The notes under the pieces are model-generated. The model saw only the letters and a list, made by a program, of their open reading frames with translations. It did not search any database and was not told the origin of the DNA. From an uncultured OCS116 cluster bacterium (GTDB lineage: Bacteria > Pseudomonadota > Alphaproteobacteria > Rhizobiales > TMED25): 64,000 nucleotides of DNA. Made by a program: the position numbers and the translations under genes. Below are positions 8,309 through 17,613 of this stretch, piece by piece. Position 1 is the stretch's first letter, and each line of letters starts with the position of its first letter. The DNA lies in assembly GCA_902633855.1 (NCBI GenBank), contig CACPHU010000006.1, positions 1,140-65,139 on the forward strand. Direction: 5' to 3'.

Positions 8309-9232
8309 ATGAAATCAAATCAAATAGTTTTGCTTGATGGCGGGATTGGCCAAGAGATATATAAAAGAGCGGGATCACCCGAATCACAGACACTATGGTC
8401 TTTGCAGATCATGCGAGATAATCCAGAGATTGTAGTTGGTGTTCATACGGATTTCATAAATGCAGGATCAAAAGTTTTAAGCTTAAATAATTATGCGGCA
8501 ACCCCATCAAGATTAGAGAGAATTGCAATGCGTGATAGTTTTGAGGAAATCCACTCTTTGTCGATCCAGTTGTTGAATACTGCAATTTCTAAGTCAAAGT
8601 ATACAAGATCAGATTTGTCCATTGCCGGTTGCTTACCGCCACTTATCGCCAGTTATACAGCCGAGGATAGTAGAGAAAATAAGAAACTTTTTGATGAGTA
8701 TGTACTTTTAATTGAACAGCAAATTGACCATGTTGATTTATTTCTAGTCGAGACATTGTCTAGCATCAGAGAAATAATAGTTGTGACCGACGCTCTTGAT
8801 CATTTTGGACTAGGTAAGTATATTAGTCTCACTTTAGATGATGATAATCCTAATTTGCTCAGATCTGGTGAAAATTTAGTAGATGCTATCAAATTATTGG
8901 AAATGAAATCTGCGGATGCAATTTTATTAAATTGCTCCTGCCCTGAAACAATATCATCAGCGTTATCCGAATTTAAAAATATTGATATACCATTTGGTGC
9001 TTACGCAAATGGTTTCTCTTCTGTCAAAGATTTGAAATTTGGAAAAAGTGTAAATGTATTGGAGGCAAGAAATGACCTCGGTCCGGATGAATATTCAGAA
9101 TTTGTAATGGATTGGATCGGTAAGGGTGCAAGAATAATTGGTGGCTGTTGTGAGATTGGTCCAAAGCATATCAATAGAGTTTCAGATCAATTACATCTTA
9201 ATGGCTACACAACGATGAAGCTTGGATTATGA
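8309..9232 (+). CDS. Homocysteine S-methyltransferase (MmuM/BHMT-like)
   Basis: LLDGGIGQE N-terminus and C-terminal GGCCEIGPKHI zinc-binding motif of the S-methyl_trans family; 307 aa. Confidence 0.85.
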   Translation: MKSNQIVLLDGGIGQEIYKRAGSPESQTLWSLQIMRDNPEIVVGVHTDFINAGSKVLSLNNYAATPSRLERIAMRDSFEEIHSLSIQLLNTAISKSKYTRSDLSIAGCLPPLIASYTAEDSRENKKLFDEYVLLIEQQIDHVDLFLVETLSSIREIIVVTDALDHFGLGKYISLTLDDDNPNLLRSGENLVDAIKLLEMKSADAILLNCSCPETISSALSEFKNIDIPFGAYANGFSSVKDLKFGKSVNVLEARNDLGPDEYSEFVMDWIGKGARIIGGCCEIGPKHINRVSDQLHLNGYTTMKLGL

Positions 9233-12200
9233 ATTATTTTTTGCTCCGTATCCTCCACCTGAAGGAGTAGTGATTACCAGCTGATCACCGATGGCTAATT
9301 CGATTTGGCAATTTCCTTCTATCTCTTTTGCCACATCGTTTCTTATTAATATGTTTGACCCCAGCTTACCTGGTTCACCTCCACATAGACCAAATGGCTG
9401 TTCTTTCCTGTTATTTGATAACAAAGAACAACTCATATTATCACAAATGAAGAATATTTTTTTTAAACCTCGACCACCTCCATATATACTATTATATTGT
9501 TTCCCCCCGACGAGAGATATTTCTGAGAGAATAATTGGATATTCTTCCTCAAAAATTTCAGGATCGGTAGATCTTGAATTTGTCATATTTGTCTGTATTG
9601 CGTCACAACCATTATGATTTTTTCCTGCTCCCTGTCCTCCACATACTGTTTCATAATATTGAAATTTGTCATTACCAAGAATGATATTATTCATTGTAGA
9701 TTGGCACGATGCTTTGATGGAGAGCGCGCCAAAAATACAATTTGCAAGAGCTTGGCTCACTTCAACATTTCCCGCTGAGACGGCCGCATTTTTTGAGGGA
9801 TTTATTATGGAGTTACTGTCTGCGGATATTTCTACAGGTTCAAGGATTCCTGAATTCAATGGAATATCCTCATTAATTAAACACCTTAAGGCATAAATTA
9901 TAACAGCTTTTGTGATTGGAAGCGGAGCATTAAAGTTATCTAAGCTTTCTCTACTTGATCCAGTGAAGTCAAAGTTAATTTTTTTACCCTCAGAACATAC
10001 CTCTATTCTTAATTTGAGATAAAAATTATCTAATGTCATATCAAAGCTTGATGGCTTAATATTTTTCAATATACCAAGGCATGCCTCTTTTGCATTATCT
10101 TGTATTGCATACATTTGTTTTAGAACAACGTTTAATCCATAGTAGTCAATGATTTTACGCAATTGTATCTCGCCAATTTTATTTGCTGCTACTTGAGCTG
10201 TAATATCTTGTATGTTGAGCTCTGGATTTCTAGCAGGATATTTACCGCTATTTAATTTTTTTTGTAATCGTTCGTGTTTCGTAAGATCATCCATCCGAAT
10301 TTTAAAATTATCAAATATAATACCTTCATCATCCAACTTTTTTGCTTCGGGAGTCATAGATCCAGGATAAATTCCACCAATATCGGGGTGATGACCCCGC
10401 GTGGCTAAGTAAAAAATTATATCTTCTGTCTTATCCGAAAAAATAGGGGAAATAATAGTAATATCAGGCAAATGTGTTCCTCCAGAATTTGGCGAGTTAT
10501 TTATAAATATATCTCCCCTTTTTACAGATTGATTTTTCTTGATAAGCCCTTTTACGCAATCATCCATTGATCCAAGATGCACTGGTATATGAGGTGCATT
10601 CGCAACTAGATTGCCGTTATTATCAAATAGAGCACATGAGTAATCAAGTCGCTCTTTTATATTTATGGAAGCCGCAGTCCTTTGGAGTGTTTCTCCCATA
10701 GTTTCTGCTACTGACATAAAAAGGTTATTAAAAATCTCCAACATTATTGGTGATTCATCAGCTTTTCTGTAAGTCTCTGATTTTTCTACTTTTTTTATTA
10801 GAATATTTCCTGATTGATCCCTACTCGCTTGCCATCCCTCTTCTATGATTATTGTTGAGTGATCATCAATCAGAATTGCTGGCCCGGTCAGCTCGAAGTC
10901 ATAGAATTTTTCTATTCGACAAACAATAGCCTTAACCCATTTTCCTTTGCTGTAGAAATTTTCGTAATCAAACTTGCTTTTAATATTTATTTTTTTTATG
11001 GGTAATTCAATTTTATTATATCGAGGGGTTGTTTCAACCTGGATCATATCAAGTATAATTTTTCTATTTAGATTATAGCCATATATCTTTTTATGAACTT
11101 TCCTAAAGTTTTTGATTAAATCTTCACACTCAATTTTTGATTTTTTTTCTTTTATGCAAATGCTTTGATCGGTACCCTTATACTTCAAATAAAATAAATT
11201 TAAATGAGATACAGTCTTGGATTTGATTTTAACTAGGTTTTCTTTTTGTAGTTTTTTTATAAGAGCATCAATTTTATTTCTATATTTTTTATCAAATTCA
11301 AAAAAAGTACTTTCTTGTTTTATATACTTCTCCCCAGATTGAGCCATGCCATACGCTGATAAAAAACTTGATAGTGGATTAATAATAACTGTCTTGATCT
11401 CAAGGTTCTCAGCAATCTGGCAAGCGTGTTGGCCACCGGCCCCCCCATAGCTCACAAGCGCATGCTCCTCTAGGTGGAGACCTTTCCTTGTAGCAATTTT
11501 TCTTATAATTCTACACATTTTCCCAACTGCAATTTTTATAAACCCTTCAGCTACATCTTCTGGAAGCATTTTTGGATCAATGTTATCTCTCAGTTGATTA
11601 AATTCCTCAGATACAATTTGCTTGTTTAGTGAGGATTTGCCGTCATGGCCAAACTTCTGTGGGAAATATTTTCCAATAATTTTACCAAGAAATAAGTTTG
11701 CATCTGTAAGTGTTAGGGGGCCATTTTTTCCATAAGACATTGGTCCGGGGTATGAACCTGCTGATTTTGGCCCGACGATCATTCTTGAGTTCCTATAATC
11801 TAAAATTGAACCTCCACCAGAAGCAATTGTGTCAATATCAATAATAGGTACCTGAAGTATTTGGTTATCGATCGTCTTCTCATTCTTATACTCTAATTCA
11901 CCATCGAAATGGGAGACGTCTGTCGAAGTACCGCCCATATCAAAAGTGATAATTTTTTTAAAGCCTGAATTTTTACCGACTGAGATTGCACCCATTACGC
12001 CCCCCGCAGGACCAGATAGTATAGAATTTATGCCTCGGAAGTTTTTTTCTTCTGCAAGTCCACCATTCGATTGCATGTATCTGAGGCTAATATCATTCTT
12101 AGCAAAATTTATTTCTTTTTTTAAATTATCTATATCGCCTCTGATAATAGGATCCACATAAGCATGAACAAGAGATGTATGGGTTCTTCGTATATATTTA

Positions 12201-12793
12201 ATCGTTTTTGAAATTTCATGACCAAGTGTGACATTTTTATGCCCAAGTTGATTTAATATAGTTTGGATCTCAAGTTCATAACTAGGAAATTTCCATCCAT
12301 GAATTAAGCTTACACAAATTGAATTATAACTCCCAATTTTTATTTGTTTTAACTGCTCCGTAATTATTTTCCAATTTGGTTTTATGAAATCATTCCCACT
12401 CTTTGTTAGACGGATGTCCAATTCTATCACTTTTGAATATAATGGGATTGGTTTTTTGATTTCTAGTGAAAATATATCTTGTCTACTCTGATAACCAATC
12501 GTTTGGCAGTCTCTAAAGCCTTTTGGGACAATTAGAAGTGTTTTTTCACCTGTTCTCTCCAAAAGAGTATTTGTGGCTTTCGTTGTTCCAACGGTTATGT
12601 GTCCTATATTTTTAAGGTCTGCAGAGTTATTGGTTAAGATTTTTTTAATACCCCTTGAAATAGGGTCATCATTCTTGTTTTGAGACTGACTCAATACTTT
12701 TTCTAGAAATAGATCATTATTTGGGGAAAGGGCAATCACATCAGTAAATGTACCCCCTTTATCTATCCAGAAATTCCAATTATTTTTTTCCAT
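9227..12793 (-). CDS. Fused hydantoinase A/B family enzyme: ATP-dependent 5-oxoprolinase / N-methylhydantoinase-like
   Basis: 1188 aa. WNFWIDKGGTFTDVIA start and FDMGGTSTDVS (HyuA part) are followed by a HyuB-like C-terminal half (PHIPVHLGSM, GGTHLPDITII). Eukaryote-style single-chain architecture. Confidence 0.85.
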   Translation of the reverse strand: MEKNNWNFWIDKGGTFTDVIALSPNNDLFLEKVLSQSQNKNDDPISRGIKKILTNNSADLKNIGHITVGTTKATNTLLERTGEKTLLIVPKGFRDCQTIGYQSRQDIFSLEIKKPIPLYSKVIELDIRLTKSGNDFIKPNWKIITEQLKQIKIGSYNSICVSLIHGWKFPSYELEIQTILNQLGHKNVTLGHEISKTIKYIRRTHTSLVHAYVDPIIRGDIDNLKKEINFAKNDISLRYMQSNGGLAEEKNFRGINSILSGPAGGVMGAISVGKNSGFKKIITFDMGGTSTDVSHFDGELEYKNEKTIDNQILQVPIIDIDTIASGGGSILDYRNSRMIVGPKSAGSYPGPMSYGKNGPLTLTDANLFLGKIIGKYFPQKFGHDGKSSLNKQIVSEEFNQLRDNIDPKMLPEDVAEGFIKIAVGKMCRIIRKIATRKGLHLEEHALVSYGGAGGQHACQIAENLEIKTVIINPLSSFLSAYGMAQSGEKYIKQESTFFEFDKKYRNKIDALIKKLQKENLVKIKSKTVSHLNLFYLKYKGTDQSICIKEKKSKIECEDLIKNFRKVHKKIYGYNLNRKIILDMIQVETTPRYNKIELPIKKINIKSKFDYENFYSKGKWVKAIVCRIEKFYDFELTGPAILIDDHSTIIIEEGWQASRDQSGNILIKKVEKSETYRKADESPIMLEIFNNLFMSVAETMGETLQRTAASINIKERLDYSCALFDNNGNLVANAPHIPVHLGSMDDCVKGLIKKNQSVKRGDIFINNSPNSGGTHLPDITIISPIFSDKTEDIIFYLATRGHHPDIGGIYPGSMTPEAKKLDDEGIIFDNFKIRMDDLTKHERLQKKLNSGKYPARNPELNIQDITAQVAANKIGEIQLRKIIDYYGLNVVLKQMYAIQDNAKEACLGILKNIKPSSFDMTLDNFYLKLRIEVCSEGKKINFDFTGSSRESLDNFNAPLPITKAVIIYALRCLINEDIPLNSGILEPVEISADSNSIINPSKNAAVSAGNVEVSQALANCIFGALSIKASCQSTMNNIILGNDKFQYYETVCGGQGAGKNHNGCDAIQTNMTNSRSTDPEIFEEEYPIILSEISLVGGKQYNSIYGGGRGLKKIFFICDNMSCSLLSNNRKEQPFGLCGGEPGKLGSNILIRNDVAKEIEGNCQIELAIGDQLVITTPSGGGYGAKNNS

Positions 12794-12872
12794 AATAAAT
12801 TTAAATTATTGCTGTTATGGCAACTATGAAAGACTATAATTAACATAGATGATTATATAAAGTTTTAATAAA

Positions 12873-13610
12873 ATGATAAGCCATAAATATAAATCACCAA
12901 ACTATAGTGATAGAGTTAAGGATTCAAAAATTGAGTTTATAATAATTCATTATACTGGTGTTGATATGCAATTTCAGAAAGTTATTAATTGGTTTCTCGA
13001 TGAGCGATCGAGAGTAAGTTGTCATTTTCTAATAGATACATCAGGTGAAATTTATAATTTAGTTGATATCTCAAAGCGCGCTTGGCATGCGGGAAAATCA
13101 TTCTGGAATAATTGCATCGATATTAATTCAAATTCAATCGGAATTGAGTTGCATAATGCTGGCAATGAAGATTTTACTTCTCAGCAGCTTGAGTCATTAA
13201 TAAAACTTGTAAAAAAACTTATGAGGGACTATGCAATTCAAAGTTGGGATATTTTAGGACACTCTGATGTTTCAATTGGAAGAAAGATTGACCCAGGAAT
13301 AAAATTTCCATGGCACCTGCTTGCAAAAGAAAAAATTGGTTTTTTTTCAGATCTTTCACAAGAAAACTTTGATATGAAAAATTCAGATAAGAATAATCCA
13401 GAAAGCATCAAGGAAATACAAACTAAACTTATCAGTATTGGATATCATGTATATAAATCTGGGGTTTTTGATATACAAACTGTGGAAGCACTCAAGGCAT
13501 TTCAGAGGCACTGGAGGCCAGTAAAAGTTAATGGTATGCTTGATGTCTCAACAAATCAAATACTCACAGAAGTATATAAAAAATTATCTGAGTTTAGAGG
13601 TGGTCATTAG
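12873..13610 (+). CDS. N-acetylmuramoyl-L-alanine amidase (amidase_2, AmpD/AmiD-like) with a C-terminal peptidoglycan-binding domain
   Basis: IIHYTG, AWHAGKSFW, SIGIELHNAG and GHSDV..RKIDPG..FPW zinc-amidase motifs. The C-terminus IQTKLISIGY..GVFD..TVEALKAFQRHW resembles PG_binding_1. Confidence 0.85.
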   Translation: MISHKYKSPNYSDRVKDSKIEFIIIHYTGVDMQFQKVINWFLDERSRVSCHFLIDTSGEIYNLVDISKRAWHAGKSFWNNCIDINSNSIGIELHNAGNEDFTSQQLESLIKLVKKLMRDYAIQSWDILGHSDVSIGRKIDPGIKFPWHLLAKEKIGFFSDLSQENFDMKNSDKNNPESIKEIQTKLISIGYHVYKSGVFDIQTVEALKAFQRHWRPVKVNGMLDVSTNQILTEVYKKLSEFRGGH

Positions 13611-13651
13611 TCTATGTGGACAATTGGTAATTATTCATGTTAAAACAAATA

Positions 13652-13996
13652 TGCTAGATGGCTGGATGATCGCTATTTATTAGAGGAAAGTCCGGGCTCC
13701 ACAGAGGAACAGTGCCGGATAACATCCGGCGGGGGTGACCCTAGGGAAAGTGCAACAGAAAATATACCGCCATGATCAAATGGTAAGGGTGAAATGGTGT
13801 GGTAAGAGCGCACCGCAATGGTGGTAACATCATTGGCATTGTAAACCCCACTGGGAGCAAGACCAAATAGAGATGGAAATATGTCCTCTGCATTCTGCCA
13901 TCTGGGTAGGTCGCTAGACTCAATGAGTAATCATAGAGCGAGATGAATGATCATCGTCAAATTGACACAGAACCCGGCTTATAGGCCATCTAGCAC
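13652..13996 (+). ncRNA. rnpB: RNase P RNA, bacterial type A
   Basis: Conserved GAGGAAAGTCCGGGCTCC (P4 5' strand) at 13683-13700 and ACAGAACCCGGCTTAT (P4 3' strand) near 13967-13982. Terminal P1 helix gctagatggc / gccatctagc. The track ORF 13741..13923 (-) lies inside it and is spurious. Confidence 0.9.
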
Positions 13997-14020
13997 TAGA
14001 ATTTGGTTAACAAATAATTA

Positions 14021-14076
14021 AAAAAACCATTGACTTCCAAAAAATACCATGTTATCCCATAAATACCCATTTATGG
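14021..14076. promoter_or_regulatory. mraZ/dcw promoter region with 10-bp-phased CCAT repeats (candidate MraZ operator)
   Basis: CCAT ends at 14030, 14050, 14060 and 14070, and CCAA at 14040 (aaaaaaCCAT tgacttCCAA aaaataCCAT gttatCCCAT aaataCCCAT). An inverted ATGG lies at 14073-14076. TTGACT (-35-like) is at 14030-14035. Confidence 0.45.
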
Positions 14077-14084
14077 ATTTTAAC

Positions 14085-14543
14085 ATGCAATTATTTTTAT
14101 CTAAATATAAGAATAAAATTGATCAAAAAGGTCGCGTCTCAATACCGGCGCAGTTCAGGAGTATTCTATTCCAAGATGGATCCCAAAAAATATTCTGTTA
14201 TCCATCTCTTGATGCGGAAGCAATTGATGCAGGAGGTGACAGTTTATCTCGCGAGATTTATGCACTCATGGATAATCTTGATCCATACTCAGATGAGAAA
14301 GATTTTCTATCAACAGCTCTTTTTGGGCTGTCTGAAGAACTGCGAATTGATAGTGACGGCCGAGTAATCTTAAGTGATGCTCTAATTCAGCACGCTCAGA
14401 TTAGTGACGAGGTTATATTCGTAGGTTTAGGTCAAAAATTCCAAATATGGGAGCCAAATAGATTTAGTAATTATTTGCAAGACGCCCAAAAAAAGGTAAG
14501 AGAGCAAAGGCTATTATTGAGTAAGAAGAACAAAGGTTTTTAG
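14085..14543 (+). CDS. mraZ: Transcriptional regulator MraZ
   Basis: MQLFLSKYKNKIDQKGRVSIPAQFR matches the MraZ N-terminus (SpoVT/AbrB-like repeat), with a second repeat DSDGRVILSDAL. The ORF-track start 14049 adds 12 poorly conserved residues. Confidence 0.9.
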   Translation: MQLFLSKYKNKIDQKGRVSIPAQFRSILFQDGSQKIFCYPSLDAEAIDAGGDSLSREIYALMDNLDPYSDEKDFLSTALFGLSEELRIDSDGRVILSDALIQHAQISDEVIFVGLGQKFQIWEPNRFSNYLQDAQKKVREQRLLLSKKNKGF

Positions 14544-14544
14544 T

Positions 14545-15585
14545 GTGATGGATAGTAGAAACACTTCTACTGGCGGACCATATTATCACACACCTGTCAT
14601 GACCAAGAAGGTGCTTGATGCATTATCACTTAGAGGAGGAAGTGTATTTGTGGATGGCACCTTTGGCGGGGGCGGACATTCCAGTGCGATATTGGATTTA
14701 TTTGATTGCATAATTATTGCAACAGATAGAGATGTCAATTCTGTACCTATAGCAAAAAAACTTAATGAAAAATATCAGGACCGAATTAATTTTTATAATG
14801 CAAGCTACACCCAAATTCCAAGCTTACTTGATAGCCTATCAATTAAAAAAGTAGACGGACTATTGTTGGATCTCGGGGTATCATCGATGCAAATTGATGA
14901 TCCAAAAAGAGGATTTTCATTTCAGAATGAAGGACCCCTAGATATGCGGATGGGAAAAAATGCAATTAGTGCATTTGATGTCGTTAACAAGATGAAGGAG
15001 GAGCATTTATCTGAAATAATCAGAGACTTTGGTGAAGAAAAGCACTCACGTATTATTGCGAGTAGGATTAATGATTATAGACAAAAAAATACAATCAACA
15101 CCACCACTCAACTCAGTGATATAATTAATGATGCCGTCGGAAATTTTTATAAAAAACAAAAAGGAGCTCATATTCATCCAGCAACTCGGACCTTTCAGGC
15201 CATAAGAGTTTTCGTAAATAATGAGTTTGAAGAATTATATGCATTGTTAATGGGCATTTGTGACTACATAAAACTAGGTGGTCGAATTGCTATTATAACA
15301 TTTCATTCTCTTGAAGATAGGATTGTTAAAAATATCTTTGATCATTTAACGGGATATAGTTCTTCAAAGTCAAGGTATGAACCAAAAATTGAAGATCAAA
15401 CCAATCCCCCATTTATATATCCAGATAAAAAATTCTATAAACCAGATGGGGATGAAATTACACAAAATCCGAGATCACGTTCTGCAAAATTGAGATATAT
15501 ACAAAGAACGGAGCATTTGTTTAGAGAAAATTTAGATATTTATAGTATGACAAAATACAAAAGGATATTAAAGGAATTAAAATGA
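14545..15585 (+). CDS. rsmH: 16S rRNA (cytosine1402-N4)-methyltransferase RsmH (MraW)
   Basis: HTPVM, VDGTFGGGGHS, DLGVSSMQIDD..RGFSF, HPATRTFQAIR and FHSLEDRIVK motifs. GTG 14545 or ATG 14548. Confidence 0.93.
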   Translation: MMDSRNTSTGGPYYHTPVMTKKVLDALSLRGGSVFVDGTFGGGGHSSAILDLFDCIIIATDRDVNSVPIAKKLNEKYQDRINFYNASYTQIPSLLDSLSIKKVDGLLLDLGVSSMQIDDPKRGFSFQNEGPLDMRMGKNAISAFDVVNKMKEEHLSEIIRDFGEEKHSRIIASRINDYRQKNTINTTTQLSDIINDAVGNFYKKQKGAHIHPATRTFQAIRVFVNNEFEELYALLMGICDYIKLGGRIAIITFHSLEDRIVKNIFDHLTGYSSSKSRYEPKIEDQTNPPFIYPDKKFYKPDGDEITQNPRSRSAKLRYIQRTEHLFRENLDIYSMTKYKRILKELK

Positions 15586-15920
15586 CCAGATTATTATTTA
15601 TCTCAGTCTTAATTTTATGCATCTTTACATCTTTTGTGCTGTATTTCTTGAGTTATGATAGCAAAAATATAAAGAGAGAAATATCTCAAGTTAAGACTGC
15701 CATTGAAAATGAAAAATCTGATATAGAAACCTTACATGCAGAGCTTAGCCTCTTGTCACAACCAGATAGGATTCAAAATTTATCTAATCAATTTGGCTTA
15801 GAGTTAGAACCCGTGAATGTGACGCAAATAAGGAAAATTGAGGATATCCCACTTAAACCAGCTAACAAGGTCATGGATGAGCTCATACAGAGATCACTCA
15901 TAGGGTATACCAGCGAATAG
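15582..15920 (+). CDS. ftsL: Cell division protein FtsL (alphaproteobacterial type)
   Basis: 112 aa with a single N-terminal TM segment followed by a coiled-coil-like segment. Positioned between rsmH and ftsI, with a 4-nt ATGA overlap with rsmH. Confidence 0.75.
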   Translation: MTRLLFISVLILCIFTSFVLYFLSYDSKNIKREISQVKTAIENEKSDIETLHAELSLLSQPDRIQNLSNQFGLELEPVNVTQIRKIEDIPLKPANKVMDELIQRSLIGYTSE

Positions 15921-15953
15921 CGATAAAAAAACTTACAAAGGATAGTTTATCAA

Positions 15954-17594
15954 ATGTTTCAAGCTCAAGATAACAAAGAAATAAAAAGGCTCCATTTAAG
16001 AATTAATTTTCTGTCTTTTTGTTTTTTTTTGGGCTTCTTGGTTCTATCAGCTAAAATTTTATACTTAGCAAATTTATCACTGGGACCAGTTACAAGTATT
16101 ACTGAGAGTGACATATACAATATGAAGCGCCCCAATATCTATGATAGGAATGGTCATTTGGTAGCTTCAAACATTGCAATATCATCAGTGGCGATAAGAC
16201 CTAATTTACTCAGAAATAAGGAGGATATAGTAGATCGATTACTATCTGCAGTTCCTAGTTTTCAAAGAGAAGATCTTGAGTACAAAATATTTAATGATAA
16301 AAAGTTTGTCTGGTTAAAACGTGGCATAACGCCAAGCGAGCAAAATAGAATACATAATTTAGGTATACCCGGCATACAATTCATAGACGAAACAAAGCGC
16401 TTTTATAGCTCTGCAAATACTCTATCAAGTGTTATCGGTTACGTAAATATTGACAACATTGGACAAGCGGGAGTCGAAAAATTTATCGATCAGCAATTAG
16501 AAAGTGGTAATAGTAGGGATGTATATCTATCTGCAGATCTCGAGGTGAGTCATGCAATGAGGGATGAGCTGCTAAAATCGATGAACAAATATTCCTCGAT
16601 AGCGGCAGCTGGTGTGTTGATGGATATCAATAATGGTGAAATTATTGCTGCTGTCTCTTTGCCTGATTTTGATCCACAATATCAAGCAGATGCGCTTTTG
16701 CCTGAAAATATAAATAAGGTGACAAATTCCTTATATGAGATTGGATCGACATTCAAACCATTCACCATTGCTATGGCGTTAGATAGTGGCTTGGTTCACT
16801 TGGATACTGAATATGACGCAAGGCAACCAATCATTGCGGGTGGTCATAAAATTAGTGATTTTAGACCTCAGGCACGTGTTTTAACGGTATCAGAAATATT
16901 TACCCACTCCTCAAATATTGGAGCTGCAAAGATTGCCCTTGATTTTGGTACAGATTACCACAAATCTTTTCTGAAAAAATTGGGGCTATTAGACCCCATA
17001 TCAACGCAAATACAAAATTTACCAAGTAGCAGCATACCGGCTGATTGGAAAGAAATAAACACAATAACGATTTCTTATGGTCATGGGATTGCTGTTTCAC
17101 CTTTGCATGCGGCAGTAGCTGGCGCACCTCTCTTTAATGGTGGAAGATTAGTGCAACCATCCTTTCTAAAGGTAGAGGATGACTCAAATATTATTTACAA
17201 ACAAGTTTTGGAACCCTCGACAAGTGAAAAGATAAAGAAATTAATGCATATGAATGTTGTAGATGGATCAGCAAAACGTGCTTCTGTTGATGGTATTTTT
17301 GTGGGTGGAAAAACTGGCACAGCTAATAAGTTGGTGGGTGGATCATACGACAAAGATACTCGTCGTACTACATTTATGGGTGCATTTCCATTAGATAAAC
17401 CAAAATATATTATGTTTTTACTTCTTGATGAACCTAAGCCAACTGAGAATTCTCATGGCCTTGCAACTGCTGGATGGAATGTTGCACCAACTTTCTCAAA
17501 TATAGTCAGAAGGATTGCGCCAATGTTGGACATAAAACCTTCTTCAATTGAAAGGCTATATGACTATGATCAAATTGTAGTTGCTTCAAATTAA
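15954..17594 (+). CDS. ftsI: Peptidoglycan D,D-transpeptidase FtsI (PBP3)
   Basis: N-terminal TM segment, then the transpeptidase motifs STFK (GSTFKPFT), SSN (HSSNIG) and KTG (GKTGTA). dcw position. Confidence 0.93.
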   Translation: MFQAQDNKEIKRLHLRINFLSFCFFLGFLVLSAKILYLANLSLGPVTSITESDIYNMKRPNIYDRNGHLVASNIAISSVAIRPNLLRNKEDIVDRLLSAVPSFQREDLEYKIFNDKKFVWLKRGITPSEQNRIHNLGIPGIQFIDETKRFYSSANTLSSVIGYVNIDNIGQAGVEKFIDQQLESGNSRDVYLSADLEVSHAMRDELLKSMNKYSSIAAAGVLMDINNGEIIAAVSLPDFDPQYQADALLPENINKVTNSLYEIGSTFKPFTIAMALDSGLVHLDTEYDARQPIIAGGHKISDFRPQARVLTVSEIFTHSSNIGAAKIALDFGTDYHKSFLKKLGLLDPISTQIQNLPSSSIPADWKEINTITISYGHGIAVSPLHAAVAGAPLFNGGRLVQPSFLKVEDDSNIIYKQVLEPSTSEKIKKLMHMNVVDGSAKRASVDGIFVGGKTGTANKLVGGSYDKDTRRTTFMGAFPLDKPKYIMFLLLDEPKPTENSHGLATAGWNVAPTFSNIVRRIAPMLDIKPSSIERLYDYDQIVVASN

Positions 17595-17613
17595 TTGATA
17601 ATGGTAGATAAAA

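Noticed and set aside
13741-13923. 60-aa ORF on the minus strand (track entry).
   Set aside because: It lies entirely within the RNase P RNA gene on the opposite strand, so it is a chance ORF in structured, relatively GC-rich RNA-coding DNA.
14049-14084. Upstream starts given by the ORF track for mraZ (14049), ftsW (22902), ftsQ (28430), ftsZ (TTG 30590), bamD (TTG 33509), degP (TTG 50306), the CoA-transferase (4281) and the LVIVD protein (3040).
   Set aside because: The extensions add non-conserved residues, overlap upstream genes or the candidate operator, and downstream ATGs give canonical N-termini with or without SD sequences. These remain predictions; the alternative starts are noted in the feature evidence.
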